From a virus, in the IMG/VR virus record IMGVR_UViG_3300045988_184127: a DNA stretch of 64,000 nt; one strand, written 5' to 3'. Below are positions 28,925 to 39,194 of the stretch, in pieces (within the stretch, counting starts at the first letter, position 1; every line of letters starts with the position of its first letter). The notes beneath the pieces were generated by a model. That model made no database searches. It saw only the letters and a program-made list of their open reading frames with translations, and was not told the origin of the DNA. The translations under genes and the position numbers were made by a program.

Positions 28925-29095
28925 AAGCAGCAGATTCCATGCATTCTGCATGGGAAAAAATATCTTAATCATTTAAAGAAAGGAGTAGCAAGGTATTTGT
29001 GCTAACTGAGTACACTTCAAATTGCCTCTTGGTTAGCGCATTCCTCACCGCCTAAGTCGCAAGCGACTATAGACGGTGTACCCTGCGCACATAAT

Positions 29096-29737
29096 TTGAT
29101 GAAATGGATTGTGAAGCAAACCAAATCGAAAGGATATGAGTTCACCTTCGATATCGTGAAAGGCAAGGCCGTTATCGGGCAGGCACACTATATCCCGAAA
29201 TTGCTACGGCAGGGTTATGGCATCCGGCTGAATGATTCCAAGTTCCTGCTGCAATACATGCCAGCTGCTGACGCAAGGGCGTACATGCGCGGCATCAACA
29301 CGAAAGATATTCTGAGACACCCTTTTGCTATCCGTGAGAACAACTGCACGGTAGGCGAGATTTCCGTCATCCATACAAAAACCGGATTCCTCCAAGGATA
29401 CAATTCTATCGCCATGCAGCTGTATGGCGAGGAATACCAGAGCTACAAAATTGGTTTTGGAAAAGAAGGAGTATGCTGTCCCGTATTTCTTGGCGGACAG
29501 CAAATCGCCCAAATCAATAAGAGCGCGGTGGTCAAGGACAATCTGGATGAATACCTGATTTACGCGGTCAATGAAATGGCTCTGCTGCCGTCCGTTATGT
29601 TCGCCATTTACATTGACGGGATATACTACGCAAACCGAGGCGTGTATGTGGATGACGCAACGACTATCAACTGCGAATACAGCTTGAACGAGGAAGTCCT
29701 GTCCCACTACGACCCGAATTTTGTCAAAGGACTATGA
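29096..29737 (+). CDS. hypothetical protein
   Basis: 213 aa ORF. Confidence 0.4.
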   Translation: MMKWIVKQTKSKGYEFTFDIVKGKAVIGQAHYIPKLLRQGYGIRLNDSKFLLQYMPAADARAYMRGINTKDILRHPFAIRENNCTVGEISVIHTKTGFLQGYNSIAMQLYGEEYQSYKIGFGKEGVCCPVFLGGQQIAQINKSAVVKDNLDEYLIYAVNEMALLPSVMFAIYIDGIYYANRGVYVDDATTINCEYSLNEEVLSHYDPNFVKGL

Positions 29738-29770
29738 CTCCGATAACTGGTATTCACAGACAATATCATG

Positions 29771-29798
29771 TTGCGAAACTGTGCGAATCGCAGACAAT
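29771..29798 (+). promoter_or_regulatory. conserved-module promoter P4
   Basis: TTGCGA-16 nt (aaCTGTGCGAATCGca)-GACAAT then TAAAAG. Confidence 0.55.
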
Positions 29799-29837
29799 TA
29801 AAAGTGAATGAATTACAAAAGCTACAGAGGATAAACA

Positions 29838-30434
29838 ATGAGCTATGAACCCATTATCACACCGGGCAGGAATTTCTTTCTTGTCTCGACGGAGTACAAA
29901 GAGAGCTGCTCTGCCTGGTGCCGCAAGCAAATTAGAGCGACACTGAGGACCTGTCAGGGACGAGTCATCATCATTGATGCAACGGGCGAGTACGCGGACT
30001 TGGCGCTTGAACATGACAGATTGATTCGAGAGAAAATCCCGTCCATCATTTATCGGTATAAGCTGGTGGACGGGAAACCGTATATTGCTCATGTCATTGA
30101 AGTTGATACGGAAGCAAATGAAGCACCGCACCTGATTGTATACGATATCAGCCGGACCATAATCACCAGCTGGAAGGTCGGCGTAGAGGCAATTGATAAA
30201 ATCCTGCAATCCTATGCCGTGATGCGGGACAGTGAAATCGCGTGGTTGTATGTTCCGCTGGACTTATATACCAATGTCAAGCCTGAAACCGAATCCTGGA
30301 ACATTCTGGAACGAACTATCAAGGGTAATGAAGGCAAGCTCATGACAGTACTGACGACTCGCAAATTCACCATTGGGATGGTCCAGCGCTGTTTGCATAT
30401 GACAAAAAATAAACTTTTGGAGGATAGCAAATGA
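29838..30434 (+). CDS. hypothetical protein
   Basis: 198 aa ORF 40 nt downstream of P4. Confidence 0.4.
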   Translation: MSYEPIITPGRNFFLVSTEYKESCSAWCRKQIRATLRTCQGRVIIIDATGEYADLALEHDRLIREKIPSIIYRYKLVDGKPYIAHVIEVDTEANEAPHLIVYDISRTIITSWKVGVEAIDKILQSYAVMRDSEIAWLYVPLDLYTNVKPETESWNILERTIKGNEGKLMTVLTTRKFTIGMVQRCLHMTKNKLLEDSK

Positions 30435-31318
30435 CCAATGAACAGCTGAGAATCGCATTGACGGCGAATGCCGTTACCAAACAAACCCGAAACCATTTTG
30501 GATTCAGTGACCCGTGTGGAAAAACGCTAGAAGAATACAACAAGTCCGCGATGCTGTGCTGCATGACAGCGGCGCAGAGAATGAACACGCCGGGTTTTGA
30601 GCGTGTTTTGGCTGCGCAGATTTTTCCCTGCTTTACCATTGGCTGCTGGAATCAGACGAAGACGGTCTATGATTTTGACTACGAGTTTCAGAAAATGCTG
30701 ATGGATACGGATGACGTGGCAATTCATCAGGATATCCTGCAGCGACTCCCGGTTCGTGATTTCTTTATCCCGGTGTATGACAGCTACGACTACAACGGTA
30801 TGTTCGTGCATGTGGAATTCGACGAAAAAGAGAAAACCACAGCTTTCGGTATCGTTCTTGTCGGCCCCACTAAGGGCAGCCACGATGATTTCACGTTCCT
30901 GACTCTGCCTGCCTGGGCCAAAGAAAACCAGAGTTTGACGGAAGCAACCCGGAGTACGAAAGAATACCTGGAAAAGGCAGCAGGGCAGCGGCAAGTAAAT
31001 GGTATCAGCGTACCGGCTGTGATGGAAGCAGTTCCTTCGGTCTTTGACGGCGGCACACCTTATGTCCGGCTGGCAATCCTGTGCGCCAACTATCTTGCCA
31101 GCAAGAACCCAGATGTCCGCCTTGAAACTTCCAAAAAGCGTGACCGCCCGGTATTCGTGTTTCAGGGAAAGGCACAGCGAATCAACGTCAAGACATATAC
31201 CGTTGGTGAGAATGCGGCCAAAGAATACAAAAAGAATGGGGAAGGCAAAACCCCCCGCTGGCGGCATTACTGGTGCGGCAATGGCCGGGAACGCCGGGAA
31301 TGCAAGTTTATTTACTGA
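30431..31318 (+). CDS. hypothetical protein
   Basis: 295 aa ORF, 4-nt overlap with upstream gene. Confidence 0.4.
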   Translation: MTNEQLRIALTANAVTKQTRNHFGFSDPCGKTLEEYNKSAMLCCMTAAQRMNTPGFERVLAAQIFPCFTIGCWNQTKTVYDFDYEFQKMLMDTDDVAIHQDILQRLPVRDFFIPVYDSYDYNGMFVHVEFDEKEKTTAFGIVLVGPTKGSHDDFTFLTLPAWAKENQSLTEATRSTKEYLEKAAGQRQVNGISVPAVMEAVPSVFDGGTPYVRLAILCANYLASKNPDVRLETSKKRDRPVFVFQGKAQRINVKTYTVGENAAKEYKKNGEGKTPRWRHYWCGNGRERRECKFIY

Positions 31319-31336
31319 TGGCGGTGAGGGTGAATC

Positions 31337-32044
31337 ATGGCTCCCCATACTTATCAGGACCCGATTGGGTTCTATGAATGGTTCGATGACCTTCCTTATG
31401 CTATCCAGGATAGTATTCTGAAACACCTGCCGCATATGGAAGGCGAGGAATGGCTCATTGTCATTATCCTTGCAGCTCTTCTTCTGATGATTCTGGTTTC
31501 AGCGTATCTGGGCTTTGCAAGACATAATGTCAAAAAAACGAGTGAACGACTCAACGCTTTGAAAGAGCTGAACAACACGACTGAATTCATGCCGGTCGAG
31601 GCGCAGTACCGCTACTATCTACGTTCTGATACGAAGCTGGAATACGAGGAGTTCTCGCTCCCGAAATTCTTCCGCCGCGAAGTGAGAGAAAACTTTAAGC
31701 TGTTCAACACTCTTCTTGGCAATGCTCGGGCAAACACGGTATTGTATGAAACATACGGCCGCGAAATCCAGGAACTCCCGGATTGGACAGAATCGGATGA
31801 CGATTGCGGGCGGCATATCCCGTTCTTTCTCTACCACAACATCGAGAAAGAGTTGTACGATGAAACTGTCCTGGACTGCCCTGTAACGAGCCCTGAGTTT
31901 GTCTGTACGAAAAGCTATCTGCCCAAAGATGCCAAAGAGCCGATTGAGACGGAAGAAACCTATACACTGGAGGAACTGGAAGAGTACATACGCCGCTTGA
32001 AGGTTGCAGCCGATGTCAAGAAGAACAGCCAGAACGCAGGCTGA
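31337..32044 (+). CDS. hypothetical membrane-anchored protein
   Basis: 235 aa, one TM segment (LIVIILAALLLMILVSAYLGF). Confidence 0.4.
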   Translation: MAPHTYQDPIGFYEWFDDLPYAIQDSILKHLPHMEGEEWLIVIILAALLLMILVSAYLGFARHNVKKTSERLNALKELNNTTEFMPVEAQYRYYLRSDTKLEYEEFSLPKFFRREVRENFKLFNTLLGNARANTVLYETYGREIQELPDWTESDDDCGRHIPFFLYHNIEKELYDETVLDCPVTSPEFVCTKSYLPKDAKEPIETEETYTLEELEEYIRRLKVAADVKKNSQNAG

Positions 32045-32239
32045 AAAAAAGTCAGCAGCCATAAGCAAGAGGCAGGGCCCTGTGTTTCATGGTTCCAGAA
32101 CGTCTTCCCACCTTAATTTTACCAGTACTTTGATATTTTGTGGCCATTGACAAACGGCGCAAAAGGTGCTTGGGTTAAAAGCCCTTGCAAAAAAGTGCAA
32201 TATCCATATAATAAGAAATCCAAAAGGGAGATACACATT

Positions 32240-32848
32240 ATGAGTGAACAGAAAGAAAATGCTCAGCTCGAAGCTTATCGGAAGCTCGTTGAAGATTTCA
32301 AGCGCTTCGTCAGTTCTGAAATTCGGGCAGAAGAGAACAGCTACAGGATTGTGGACATGACTTCCGAAGATGCCGAAATCGATGACCCGAGCGTTCCGGT
32401 GACTCAACTGGAGGACGAAAAAGCAGAGAAGCTTGCCGGTATTTGCATGGACCTGTCCAATGCCACGCTGTGGCTCTACTACAACCGTGACAAATTTGCA
32501 AACGTCGAGTTTATGCCCCTGACTGATGAAACTCTGAAAGAATACCAGAAGCAGGCTCAGAATGCTCTGAATGAACCGAAGAGCCCTCTGTATCTGAAAT
32601 CCTGGTATCAGCTCATTGAAATGTTGAGTCAGGAATGTATCCCGCAGCGCTACGAGGACGACGGTCAGCGATATACAGACGTCTATGTGAACACCTATAT
32701 GCTCATGTACCTGACCATGACCCGACTCAAGAACGGCGGAACCTTTACACGCCTTGCAAACGGGCAGGGAAGCGATGCTGTGAAAATCACGACCATCGCA
32801 ATGTACTACTTCTCCAGCCTTTTGACGGTTCTCTGCACTGAATATTAA
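32240..32848 (+). CDS. hypothetical protein
   Basis: Start at MSEQKEN with AAAAGGGAG RBS (track ORF begins earlier at 32138). Confidence 0.4.
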   Translation: MSEQKENAQLEAYRKLVEDFKRFVSSEIRAEENSYRIVDMTSEDAEIDDPSVPVTQLEDEKAEKLAGICMDLSNATLWLYYNRDKFANVEFMPLTDETLKEYQKQAQNALNEPKSPLYLKSWYQLIEMLSQECIPQRYEDDGQRYTDVYVNTYMLMYLTMTRLKNGGTFTRLANGQGSDAVKITTIAMYYFSSLLTVLCTEY

Positions 32849-32856
32849 GAAATTTT

Positions 32857-32897
32857 TTCCCGTGTGAGCAGCGACGCTCATGCGGGAATTTTTTTGT
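32857..32897 (+). terminator. rho-independent terminator
   Basis: tcccgtgtgagcagcgacgctcatgcggga + atttttttg. Confidence 0.5.
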
Positions 32898-32906
32898 AAT
32901 TTTCTA

Positions 32907-32934
32907 TTGTCAATCTGTGCGAATTGCGTACAAT
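32907..32934 (+). promoter_or_regulatory. conserved-module promoter P5
   Basis: TTGTCA-16 nt (atCTGTGCGAATTGcg)-TACAAT. Confidence 0.6.
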
Positions 32935-32966
32935 GAAAAATATAAACCAAAAATATATCTTATCGT

Positions 32967-33003
32967 TGTCCCGCATGAGTTGTTTGTGCGGGACTTTTTT
33001 GTT
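32967..33003 (+). terminator. intrinsic terminator inside 5-prime leader of P5 transcript (attenuator or sRNA 3-prime end)
   Basis: gtcccgcatgagttgtttgtgcgggac + ttttttg located ~35 nt after TSS and 20 nt before ATG 33023. Confidence 0.55.
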
Positions 33004-33022
33004 TGCGGAAAGGAAATGCACT

Positions 33023-33220
33023 ATGTACGGTTTATCAGAAGAAAGCTTAACGATTGTTGGTGTTATTTTGATTGTGGTTGGTGTCGCTATGATTGGTTGG
33101 GGATTTGAATGGAATCAGGACATTACCAATGATAAACGGGTCGGAACCGTTGTCAGAGACATTGGCGTTATGGTTTTGGCAACCGGCATTATATTTGTGA
33201 TGCAGCGGGCAATGAACTAA
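33023..33220 (+). CDS. small two-TM membrane protein
   Basis: MYGLSEESLTIVGVILIVVGVAMIGWGFEW...; GGAAAGGAA RBS. Confidence 0.45.
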   Translation: MYGLSEESLTIVGVILIVVGVAMIGWGFEWNQDITNDKRVGTVVRDIGVMVLATGIIFVMQRAMN

Positions 33221-33231
33221 ATTGAGAAAAA

Positions 33232-33265
33232 GTAAGGCAGGCACATTTCGGGCCTGCTTGTTTTT
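33232..33265 (+). terminator. rho-independent terminator
   Basis: aggcaggcacatttcgggcctgctt + gttttttgg. Confidence 0.6.
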
Positions 33266-33275
33266 TGGGTGAAAT

Positions 33276-35471
33276 ATGATTACAACAAAGAAGATTGACC
33301 CACGGCCATATCAGCAGAAAGCTGCTGCGGCGATTCATAGAGAGTGGGATGCCGGGAATAAGAAAACGCTGGTTGTGATGCCGACCGGAACCGGCAAAAC
33401 TATTGTGTTTGCAAGCATCGTGAACGACCAGGTGGCAAAGGGTGAACACGTTTTGATTCTTGCGCACCGGGAAGAGCTTTTACAGCAGGCAAGCGACAAG
33501 CTCAAGATGGTGACGGGGCTAGAGACCGCGTTAGAGAAAGCGCAAAGCTCGGCGCTCGATTCCGATAAGATGGTCGTGGTTGCCAGTGTTCAGACTCTCT
33601 CTAAGCAGAATCGGTTAATGAAGTATCCGCGTGATTATTTCGGGACTATCATCATTGATGAAGCGCATCACACGGCAGCCAAAACTTACAAGGGAATTCT
33701 CGAGCATTTCATCGATGCCAAAGTGTTGGGCGTGACCGCAACACCCGACCGAAGCGACATGAAATCCCTATCTGATATCTTTGATAGTCTTGCATTTGAA
33801 TATAAGCTCCCGGATGCAATTCGGGAAGGATATCTCTGCAAAATTAACACGAAGACAATTCCGGTCGAGGTAGACATCAGCAAGGTTCATATCAATGCCG
33901 GTGATTTCAGTGCTCAGGACCTCGGCAATGTTCTTGACCTGTATCTGGACACGATTGCGGATGCCATTGTGCGAGAATGCCAGAACCGAAAGACTGTCAT
34001 CTTTACGCCTCTGGTACGAATCAGCAAAAGACTGTGTAATATCCTCAATAAGCGAAACTTCAAGACCGCAGAAGTCAACGGCGCGTCTGCGGACCGGAAG
34101 GACGTTCTGAAAGGGTTTGACAATGGCGAGTACAAGGCGCTGACGAACGCGATGCTCCTGACGGAAGGCTGGGATTGCCCGACCGTTGACTGTATCATCT
34201 GCTTGCGTCCTACCAAGAGCCGTAGCCTGTATGCGCAGATTGTGGGACGCGGAACACGCCTATGTGAAGGGAAAAAGAATCTTCTCGTGCTGGATTTCCT
34301 GTGGCTGACAAAGAAACATAGTCTTTGCCATCCTGCTGATATTTTCTGTGAAGACCCGGAAGTGGCACAAAAGACCACCGATATGCTGGCGGATGCGGCA
34401 CTCACCGGTTCGAATAGCCAGGAGAATTTCGGGAGTCCCGAATTGGGGCTGATTGAGGCAATCGAGGAAGCACAGACTGAGCTGGACGAGGAAAAGCGGA
34501 AAGCACTGTGTGAACTCGAAAAGCAGGATACGATTCAGCGCAAGCTCAAGGCACAGCGTCAAAAGCCGAGAGGATTGGTTGACCCGCTGCAGTACATTTT
34601 CAGCATCGAAGCGCCGGAACTCAACGATTATCAGCCGATGTTTGAGAGTGAGAGGCAGGAGCCTTCCGATGACATCATCGATAGTATTTCGTGCTACGGC
34701 GTAAAAGGGGATGCCATCAAATCTCAGGGCCTTGCCGCTGCAATTCTCAAACGACTCATTGCTCGCAGAGCCAGCGGAATGGCTACCCCGAAACAGATTC
34801 GGTGTCTTGAAAGTTTTGGGTTCGTCCATGTTGGGCGCTGGACATTGCGCTATGCAAGCAGCTTTTTGGACATCATCAGTTCTCATGACTGGAAACTTCC
34901 GAATGGGTTCGACGCATCCACGCTGGACCCGGAAAAGAATACGGCAGAAGACCTCGCCAAGCTGTATCCAGACTACAAGGAAGATGAGACGAAGAAAGCA
35001 CCGCGTGGGGATGCTTTCATCTGCTGCTACTACGATGCAAGCTACAATTTGGCTCGCAAGAAGGTCTGCAACAGTGAAAAAGAAATGTTGAATCTGTATT
35101 ATTCACTGTTCAATACTTGCGAAGCAAAGTACTTCTATTATACGAAGGAAGCTGATGCCTGGATGGCAGAAAAGCAGAATCTAATTGCCAGAAAGACTGG
35201 AACACCGATTCCTGCCACGCAGGCGACAAAGACAGTGCCAACGGCACCACCTCCCTTTGTCCCGGCAGCTCCCGCCAAGAGCCACGAATATTATTGCTGC
35301 CTTGCACGCTGGGACGGGTCTTATATCGGCTATGAAACTTACAAGAGTGAGCAGGCGGCACAGAATGCCCGAAAGCAGATTGCCCGGCGCGGTGAGACGG
35401 CAGTGTATGCCACGGTAGAGGAAGCCGAAGCGTGGGTCGAACGGCAAAAGGCAGCGAGAACCAGGAGGTAA
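33276..35471 (+). CDS. SF2 DEAD/DEAH-box-type helicase (ResIII-like N-terminal core) with long C-terminal extension
   Basis: RPYQQKAA...VVMPTGTGKT (motif I), IIIDEAHH (motif II), VLGVTATP (motif III), QIVGRGTR (motif VI); 731 aa. Confidence 0.75.
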   Translation: MITTKKIDPRPYQQKAAAAIHREWDAGNKKTLVVMPTGTGKTIVFASIVNDQVAKGEHVLILAHREELLQQASDKLKMVTGLETALEKAQSSALDSDKMVVVASVQTLSKQNRLMKYPRDYFGTIIIDEAHHTAAKTYKGILEHFIDAKVLGVTATPDRSDMKSLSDIFDSLAFEYKLPDAIREGYLCKINTKTIPVEVDISKVHINAGDFSAQDLGNVLDLYLDTIADAIVRECQNRKTVIFTPLVRISKRLCNILNKRNFKTAEVNGASADRKDVLKGFDNGEYKALTNAMLLTEGWDCPTVDCIICLRPTKSRSLYAQIVGRGTRLCEGKKNLLVLDFLWLTKKHSLCHPADIFCEDPEVAQKTTDMLADAALTGSNSQENFGSPELGLIEAIEEAQTELDEEKRKALCELEKQDTIQRKLKAQRQKPRGLVDPLQYIFSIEAPELNDYQPMFESERQEPSDDIIDSISCYGVKGDAIKSQGLAAAILKRLIARRASGMATPKQIRCLESFGFVHVGRWTLRYASSFLDIISSHDWKLPNGFDASTLDPEKNTAEDLAKLYPDYKEDETKKAPRGDAFICCYYDASYNLARKKVCNSEKEMLNLYYSLFNTCEAKYFYYTKEADAWMAEKQNLIARKTGTPIPATQATKTVPTAPPPFVPAAPAKSHEYYCCLARWDGSYIGYETYKSEQAAQNARKQIARRGETAVYATVEEAEAWVERQKAARTRR

Positions 35472-35475
35472 TCAT

Positions 35476-36030
35476 ATGCGTACCAATAAGACAGTAAGCC
35501 ATATTTACTACGAACTCGACCATGATGTGCAGGAATATGCGAAACGGCTTTTGGCTAAAAAGATTCTGCACGCGGCACAGCAGGACAATGCCGTTCCGTT
35601 TCCTGATGAAACGGCAAAGAGAATTGCCGAGACGGCGGTGTTTCTGACCGAACGCCTCACGCTTTTGTATGAGCTGAATTCTGGATTCCGAGGCATTCGG
35701 TTCAGCGATTCCGGGAAACAACCCGCTGTTTATACTACCATGGTTCAGCGCAATGCTCCTTTGTACGATGAGCCGATGCTTGGGCGGGCCTACAACCTCG
35801 CCAGCTTCCTTGCCGCTGAAAGTCCCGATATCAGAGAAGTGGTTTTGATGAAGCATGGGGTTTTGGCGGCAATTTATAATGCTGCTGCGCACATGAAAGA
35901 GCGGACTCCGGAGCCGGGAAAAATCTCGGTTCAGAGCCAGCTGTTTGTGTCTACGGCAGTTGAGTTGTTTGATGGTCTTTTGAGTACAGCAGTAGAGAAA
36001 AAGAACAGCGGCAATAAAACCGCCGCATGA
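35476..36030 (+). CDS. hypothetical protein
   Basis: 184 aa ORF 4 nt after helicase stop. Confidence 0.4.
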   Translation: MRTNKTVSHIYYELDHDVQEYAKRLLAKKILHAAQQDNAVPFPDETAKRIAETAVFLTERLTLLYELNSGFRGIRFSDSGKQPAVYTTMVQRNAPLYDEPMLGRAYNLASFLAAESPDIREVVLMKHGVLAAIYNAAAHMKERTPEPGKISVQSQLFVSTAVELFDGLLSTAVEKKNSGNKTAA

Positions 36031-36051
36031 GATAGAGAATAGGAGATTCGT

Positions 36052-36504
36052 ATGATTCGATTCAGAAAAGATACCCCTCGCTACTGGTTTATGAGTAACT
36101 ATTATTCTTGCGAATTTGTGATGAATGGGATTCGTTACAAGAATGCCGAAGCAGCGTTTCAGAGCCACAAGGTTCCGCTGGAAGAGCGCAAACAATTTTC
36201 AGACATGCCTCCGGCAACGGCTAAGCATTTTGGCCGTCATGTGGCTTTCCCTGCCAACTGGGACGAAACCCGGGACGATGTAATGCGCCGCGTGGTGATG
36301 GCTAAATTCGAACAGAATAAAGACCTCAAGCAGCGTCTCCTCGAAACGGGAACGCAGCCAATCGAGGAAGATACCACCAGTTGGCACGATAACTACTGGG
36401 GAAACTGCCATTGCCCGAAATGCCGGAACATCCCGGGTCAGAACCGGCTTGGGATTATTCTGATGGAAACGAGGGACAAGCTAAAAAAACAAACGAGTAA
36501 ATAA
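36052..36504 (+). CDS. NADAR-domain protein (YbiA-like, DUF1768; ADP-ribose/NAD-processing hydrolase family)
   Basis: FSNYY..C.F..NG..Y...E..FQ..K......RK.F.......AK..GR......W.......M...V.AKF.QN..L...LL.TG...IEE....D.YWG pattern of NADAR domain. Confidence 0.7.
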   Translation: MIRFRKDTPRYWFMSNYYSCEFVMNGIRYKNAEAAFQSHKVPLEERKQFSDMPPATAKHFGRHVAFPANWDETRDDVMRRVVMAKFEQNKDLKQRLLETGTQPIEEDTTSWHDNYWGNCHCPKCRNIPGQNRLGIILMETRDKLKKQTSK

Positions 36505-36535
36505 TATTTGCGAGTCATTTCCTTTTTTAAGACAA

Positions 36536-36572
36536 AAGGCTGCCGCCCATCACGGGTAGCAGCCTTCTTTTT
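36536..36572. terminator. bidirectional rho-independent terminator
   Basis: aaggctgccgcccatcacgggtagcagcctt + ctttttttg between convergent genes. Confidence 0.65.
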
Positions 36573-36576
36573 TTGT

Positions 36577-37029
36577 TTAGTGGGTGTCGTGGCACACATG
36601 CTCGAAATCGACGAGCAGCTCATTTGCTGCCTTTTGCACACATGCTATGGCCGGTTCATCCTTGACTTTTTCAGGTAAAAGGATAAGGCACGGACGGTTA
36701 ATATCAGTTGAGCTGCTATAGTGGCAGGAGAGCAACTCTTCTCCAAATTCGTGATTAAGGGCGGAGGCAAGACATTTACCGAGCAAAGCACAATCCTCAT
36801 CTTTCGCCAAAAGCCTATCCGCCTCATCGTAGTTAATGCGGCCGTTATCGAGACATATACGGTCAAGAAATGCACGAACAGAAGCAGATGCGCTCATGGC
36901 ATCTATAGTCTGACGATGATTCTCAAGAAAAATGCAAAATATCGGCTTTTCGATTTCATCCAAGTAAAAGCCAAGGCCGGTAATACGGGTATTGGTATCG
37001 GTTTGTGTCATAGGAAACACCTCATCCAT
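36577..37029 (-). CDS. hypothetical protein
   Basis: 150 aa ORF on minus strand, co-oriented with next gene. Confidence 0.4.
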   Translation of the reverse strand: MDEVFPMTQTDTNTRITGLGFYLDEIEKPIFCIFLENHRQTIDAMSASASVRAFLDRICLDNGRINYDEADRLLAKDEDCALLGKCLASALNHEFGEELLSCHYSSSTDINRPCLILLPEKVKDEPAIACVQKAANELLVDFEHVCHDTH

Positions 37030-37065
37030 TATGGCAGCGAATCACCTTGCCGCATTCAGAACAAC

Positions 37066-38952
37066 TCACTGAACAACTTCGCCAAGGTCATTTGCGTATT
37101 TCGGGTCACACATCATGAAATAGTTGACGGGGCCGTACTCCAGACCGAGCTCCTGCGCGTATGCCTTGATAGCTTCCAGAACGTCCTCTCTCTTGAGGCC
37201 AAACTTGGAATGCAGACGGGCAAACTCTTTGTCAGAGACAGAAACGCAAGAGCAATTTTCTGCATCGGTTTCTTTGCTGCCCAGCATCCCGTCAAAGATG
37301 TCCTGCCCTGCACAGAGAATCGTCTCATTGTTCATCGCATAGGCGATAACGGAAGCCTTACAGTCAAAGTCGCTGTTTTCCACAAGGAAATCCTCAGGGC
37401 GGCCGTGACGTTCAACAACGTTTTCATAGATGTCCCGGAGTTCGATAGGAGCAGAAGGAGCGGTCAGAGCTGCTTTATGAAGGCGCATGAATTCCACAAA
37501 CTTTTCATTCGAGAGGGTATCGGTATAAAAGCCGATGCCGGAAACGCGAACCTTCACTTCGCTGGCAAAGTAATCGTCAATTTTGGAAACGATTTTCTGC
37601 TGGACCCGCTTGTATGCTTCCTGAACATTGGAAGCCGTGTAAAATACCGGGAACTTCATGATGTCGATTCCCTCCGGCAGACTCGCGTCATAGGCCGCAT
37701 CAATGCCGCCCCGCAGCGCCGGAACTGCGTCATGCAGCTCTTTCACAGAAGAAATGTATCCGGTAATGTACAGCTCATCGTTTTTGCTGTAATGCCCGAT
37801 AAGTCCCACATAGAGGGTCTGCATCAGCATCCGCTTGAAGCTGAACCAACAAAGACGAATAGGTAGAATGACATTAGCAGCCGTACCTTCCGCACGATAG
37901 GTGCCGGGGGCAGAGACCTTTTCCAGCAGAATCTGGTCATTCTTGTCGCCGTATTTTTCCTTGAAAAGAGCTTGAAGAATTTCAGTGGACGAAAGAGGAG
38001 TGGACATTGGAATCGTTTCATTCAGAAAAGAGAGGAATGCATCCACATTGTCTTTCTGCCATGCGTCATCAGACATGCTTGCACGCTGCATAGAGAGCTT
38101 GTCTTTCCCGTCGTCAGGCAAGGGCTCATACCCGCAGGCGATACGAAGCTCGTTCTCCGTGACAGCATCCGTTGCGCTTGCAATTTTCTTGATGGTATTT
38201 TCGGTCGGCTGAGCTTTTGCGTTGCCATTCACGAGGCTGCTGATATACCCACGAGTCAGTCCTGCCTGAAACGCAAACTTACCCTGTGTTCGGGTTCCGA
38301 TGGCTTTTTTGACCAGCGATGCCAGCCTTTGAAAGTCGGGCTCTTTGGGAAAGGTGGCCTCCGTATCCTTATTGCTGTTCTTTTCAAGTACCGACTTGTC
38401 CCAACCGGTGACAAGAGAATACCCAATATCCTTCAAGGATTGATAGGCAACCCCGTTCTGGTCAAGAGCCGGGGAGTATGTACCGCTGTTATCTTCCAGC
38501 TGCTCTACTGCGTCACGCACCATCCTTGCTTCGTTCATCAGGATGACGTCCGGGGCTTCAAGCCGGGCAAGACTCTTGTACCGATTATTGAGGCGCTCGA
38601 CTCGTGCGGCCAATGCAGTGATGTTGGCAACTTGGTCTTCCGTTGCATGGGCAGAGATATCTGCACCAAGTTCAAAATGGTTCAGTGCAGGAATATCCAC
38701 GCCTTTGCTCTTGGCGAATTCCACAATGGCTTCCGCGCCATAGAAACGCTTCTCATGGGCTGCGACAACTTTCGTTATCGTGTCGGCCGAGTTGTCCAGC
38801 TCAAGCACTTCACCTTTTCCGGCACCCTCGACATAACACCTGGCGTTGGTGAGAAAGCCTTTCAAAAAATCAGCATCCACATCCAGCTTCTTAGCGATGC
38901 CGGGCAGCTGCTTATAGAAAATCACGGGCGTGGCGAGGTTAACAGAAATCAT
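37066..38952 (-). CDS. large hypothetical protein with central XRE-like helix-turn-helix
   Basis: 628 aa; segment QRLASLVKKAIGTRTQGKFAFQAGLTRGYISSLVNG resembles HTH_XRE DNA-binding motif. Confidence 0.45.
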   Translation of the reverse strand: MISVNLATPVIFYKQLPGIAKKLDVDADFLKGFLTNARCYVEGAGKGEVLELDNSADTITKVVAAHEKRFYGAEAIVEFAKSKGVDIPALNHFELGADISAHATEDQVANITALAARVERLNNRYKSLARLEAPDVILMNEARMVRDAVEQLEDNSGTYSPALDQNGVAYQSLKDIGYSLVTGWDKSVLEKNSNKDTEATFPKEPDFQRLASLVKKAIGTRTQGKFAFQAGLTRGYISSLVNGNAKAQPTENTIKKIASATDAVTENELRIACGYEPLPDDGKDKLSMQRASMSDDAWQKDNVDAFLSFLNETIPMSTPLSSTEILQALFKEKYGDKNDQILLEKVSAPGTYRAEGTAANVILPIRLCWFSFKRMLMQTLYVGLIGHYSKNDELYITGYISSVKELHDAVPALRGGIDAAYDASLPEGIDIMKFPVFYTASNVQEAYKRVQQKIVSKIDDYFASEVKVRVSGIGFYTDTLSNEKFVEFMRLHKAALTAPSAPIELRDIYENVVERHGRPEDFLVENSDFDCKASVIAYAMNNETILCAGQDIFDGMLGSKETDAENCSCVSVSDKEFARLHSKFGLKREDVLEAIKAYAQELGLEYGPVNYFMMCDPKYANDLGEVVQ

Positions 38953-39166
38953 GGTGTACTCCTTTCAGATGTGTCATTTGCTGTATAATAATGTCATCTT
39001 CTGTAATTATAATAGCACATCTCACGCCAAAAAGCAAGCATGAATTTACAATAAATGACAATAAAACACACAAGATGACATATTTGAGCAAAGCAATTGA
39101 TTCTTGAGCTTTCCGGCTTGGTGACGGAACAAGCTCTATGCGCCTTGTCTTTACCACAGTTTTGCC

Positions 39167-39194
39167 TTGTGCATCCGTGCAAATTAAATACAAT
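39167..39194 (+). promoter_or_regulatory. conserved-module promoter P6 (diverged spacer)
   Basis: TTGTGC-16 nt (atCCGTGCAAATTAaa)-TACAAT then TAAAGATG. Confidence 0.5.

Noticed and set aside
33276-35471. SF2 helicase as a possible Cas3 for the I-C Cascade
   Set aside because: There is no N-terminal HD nuclease domain. The motifs fit generic ResIII/DEAD-like helicases, and the gene is 7 kb away with unrelated genes and terminators in between.
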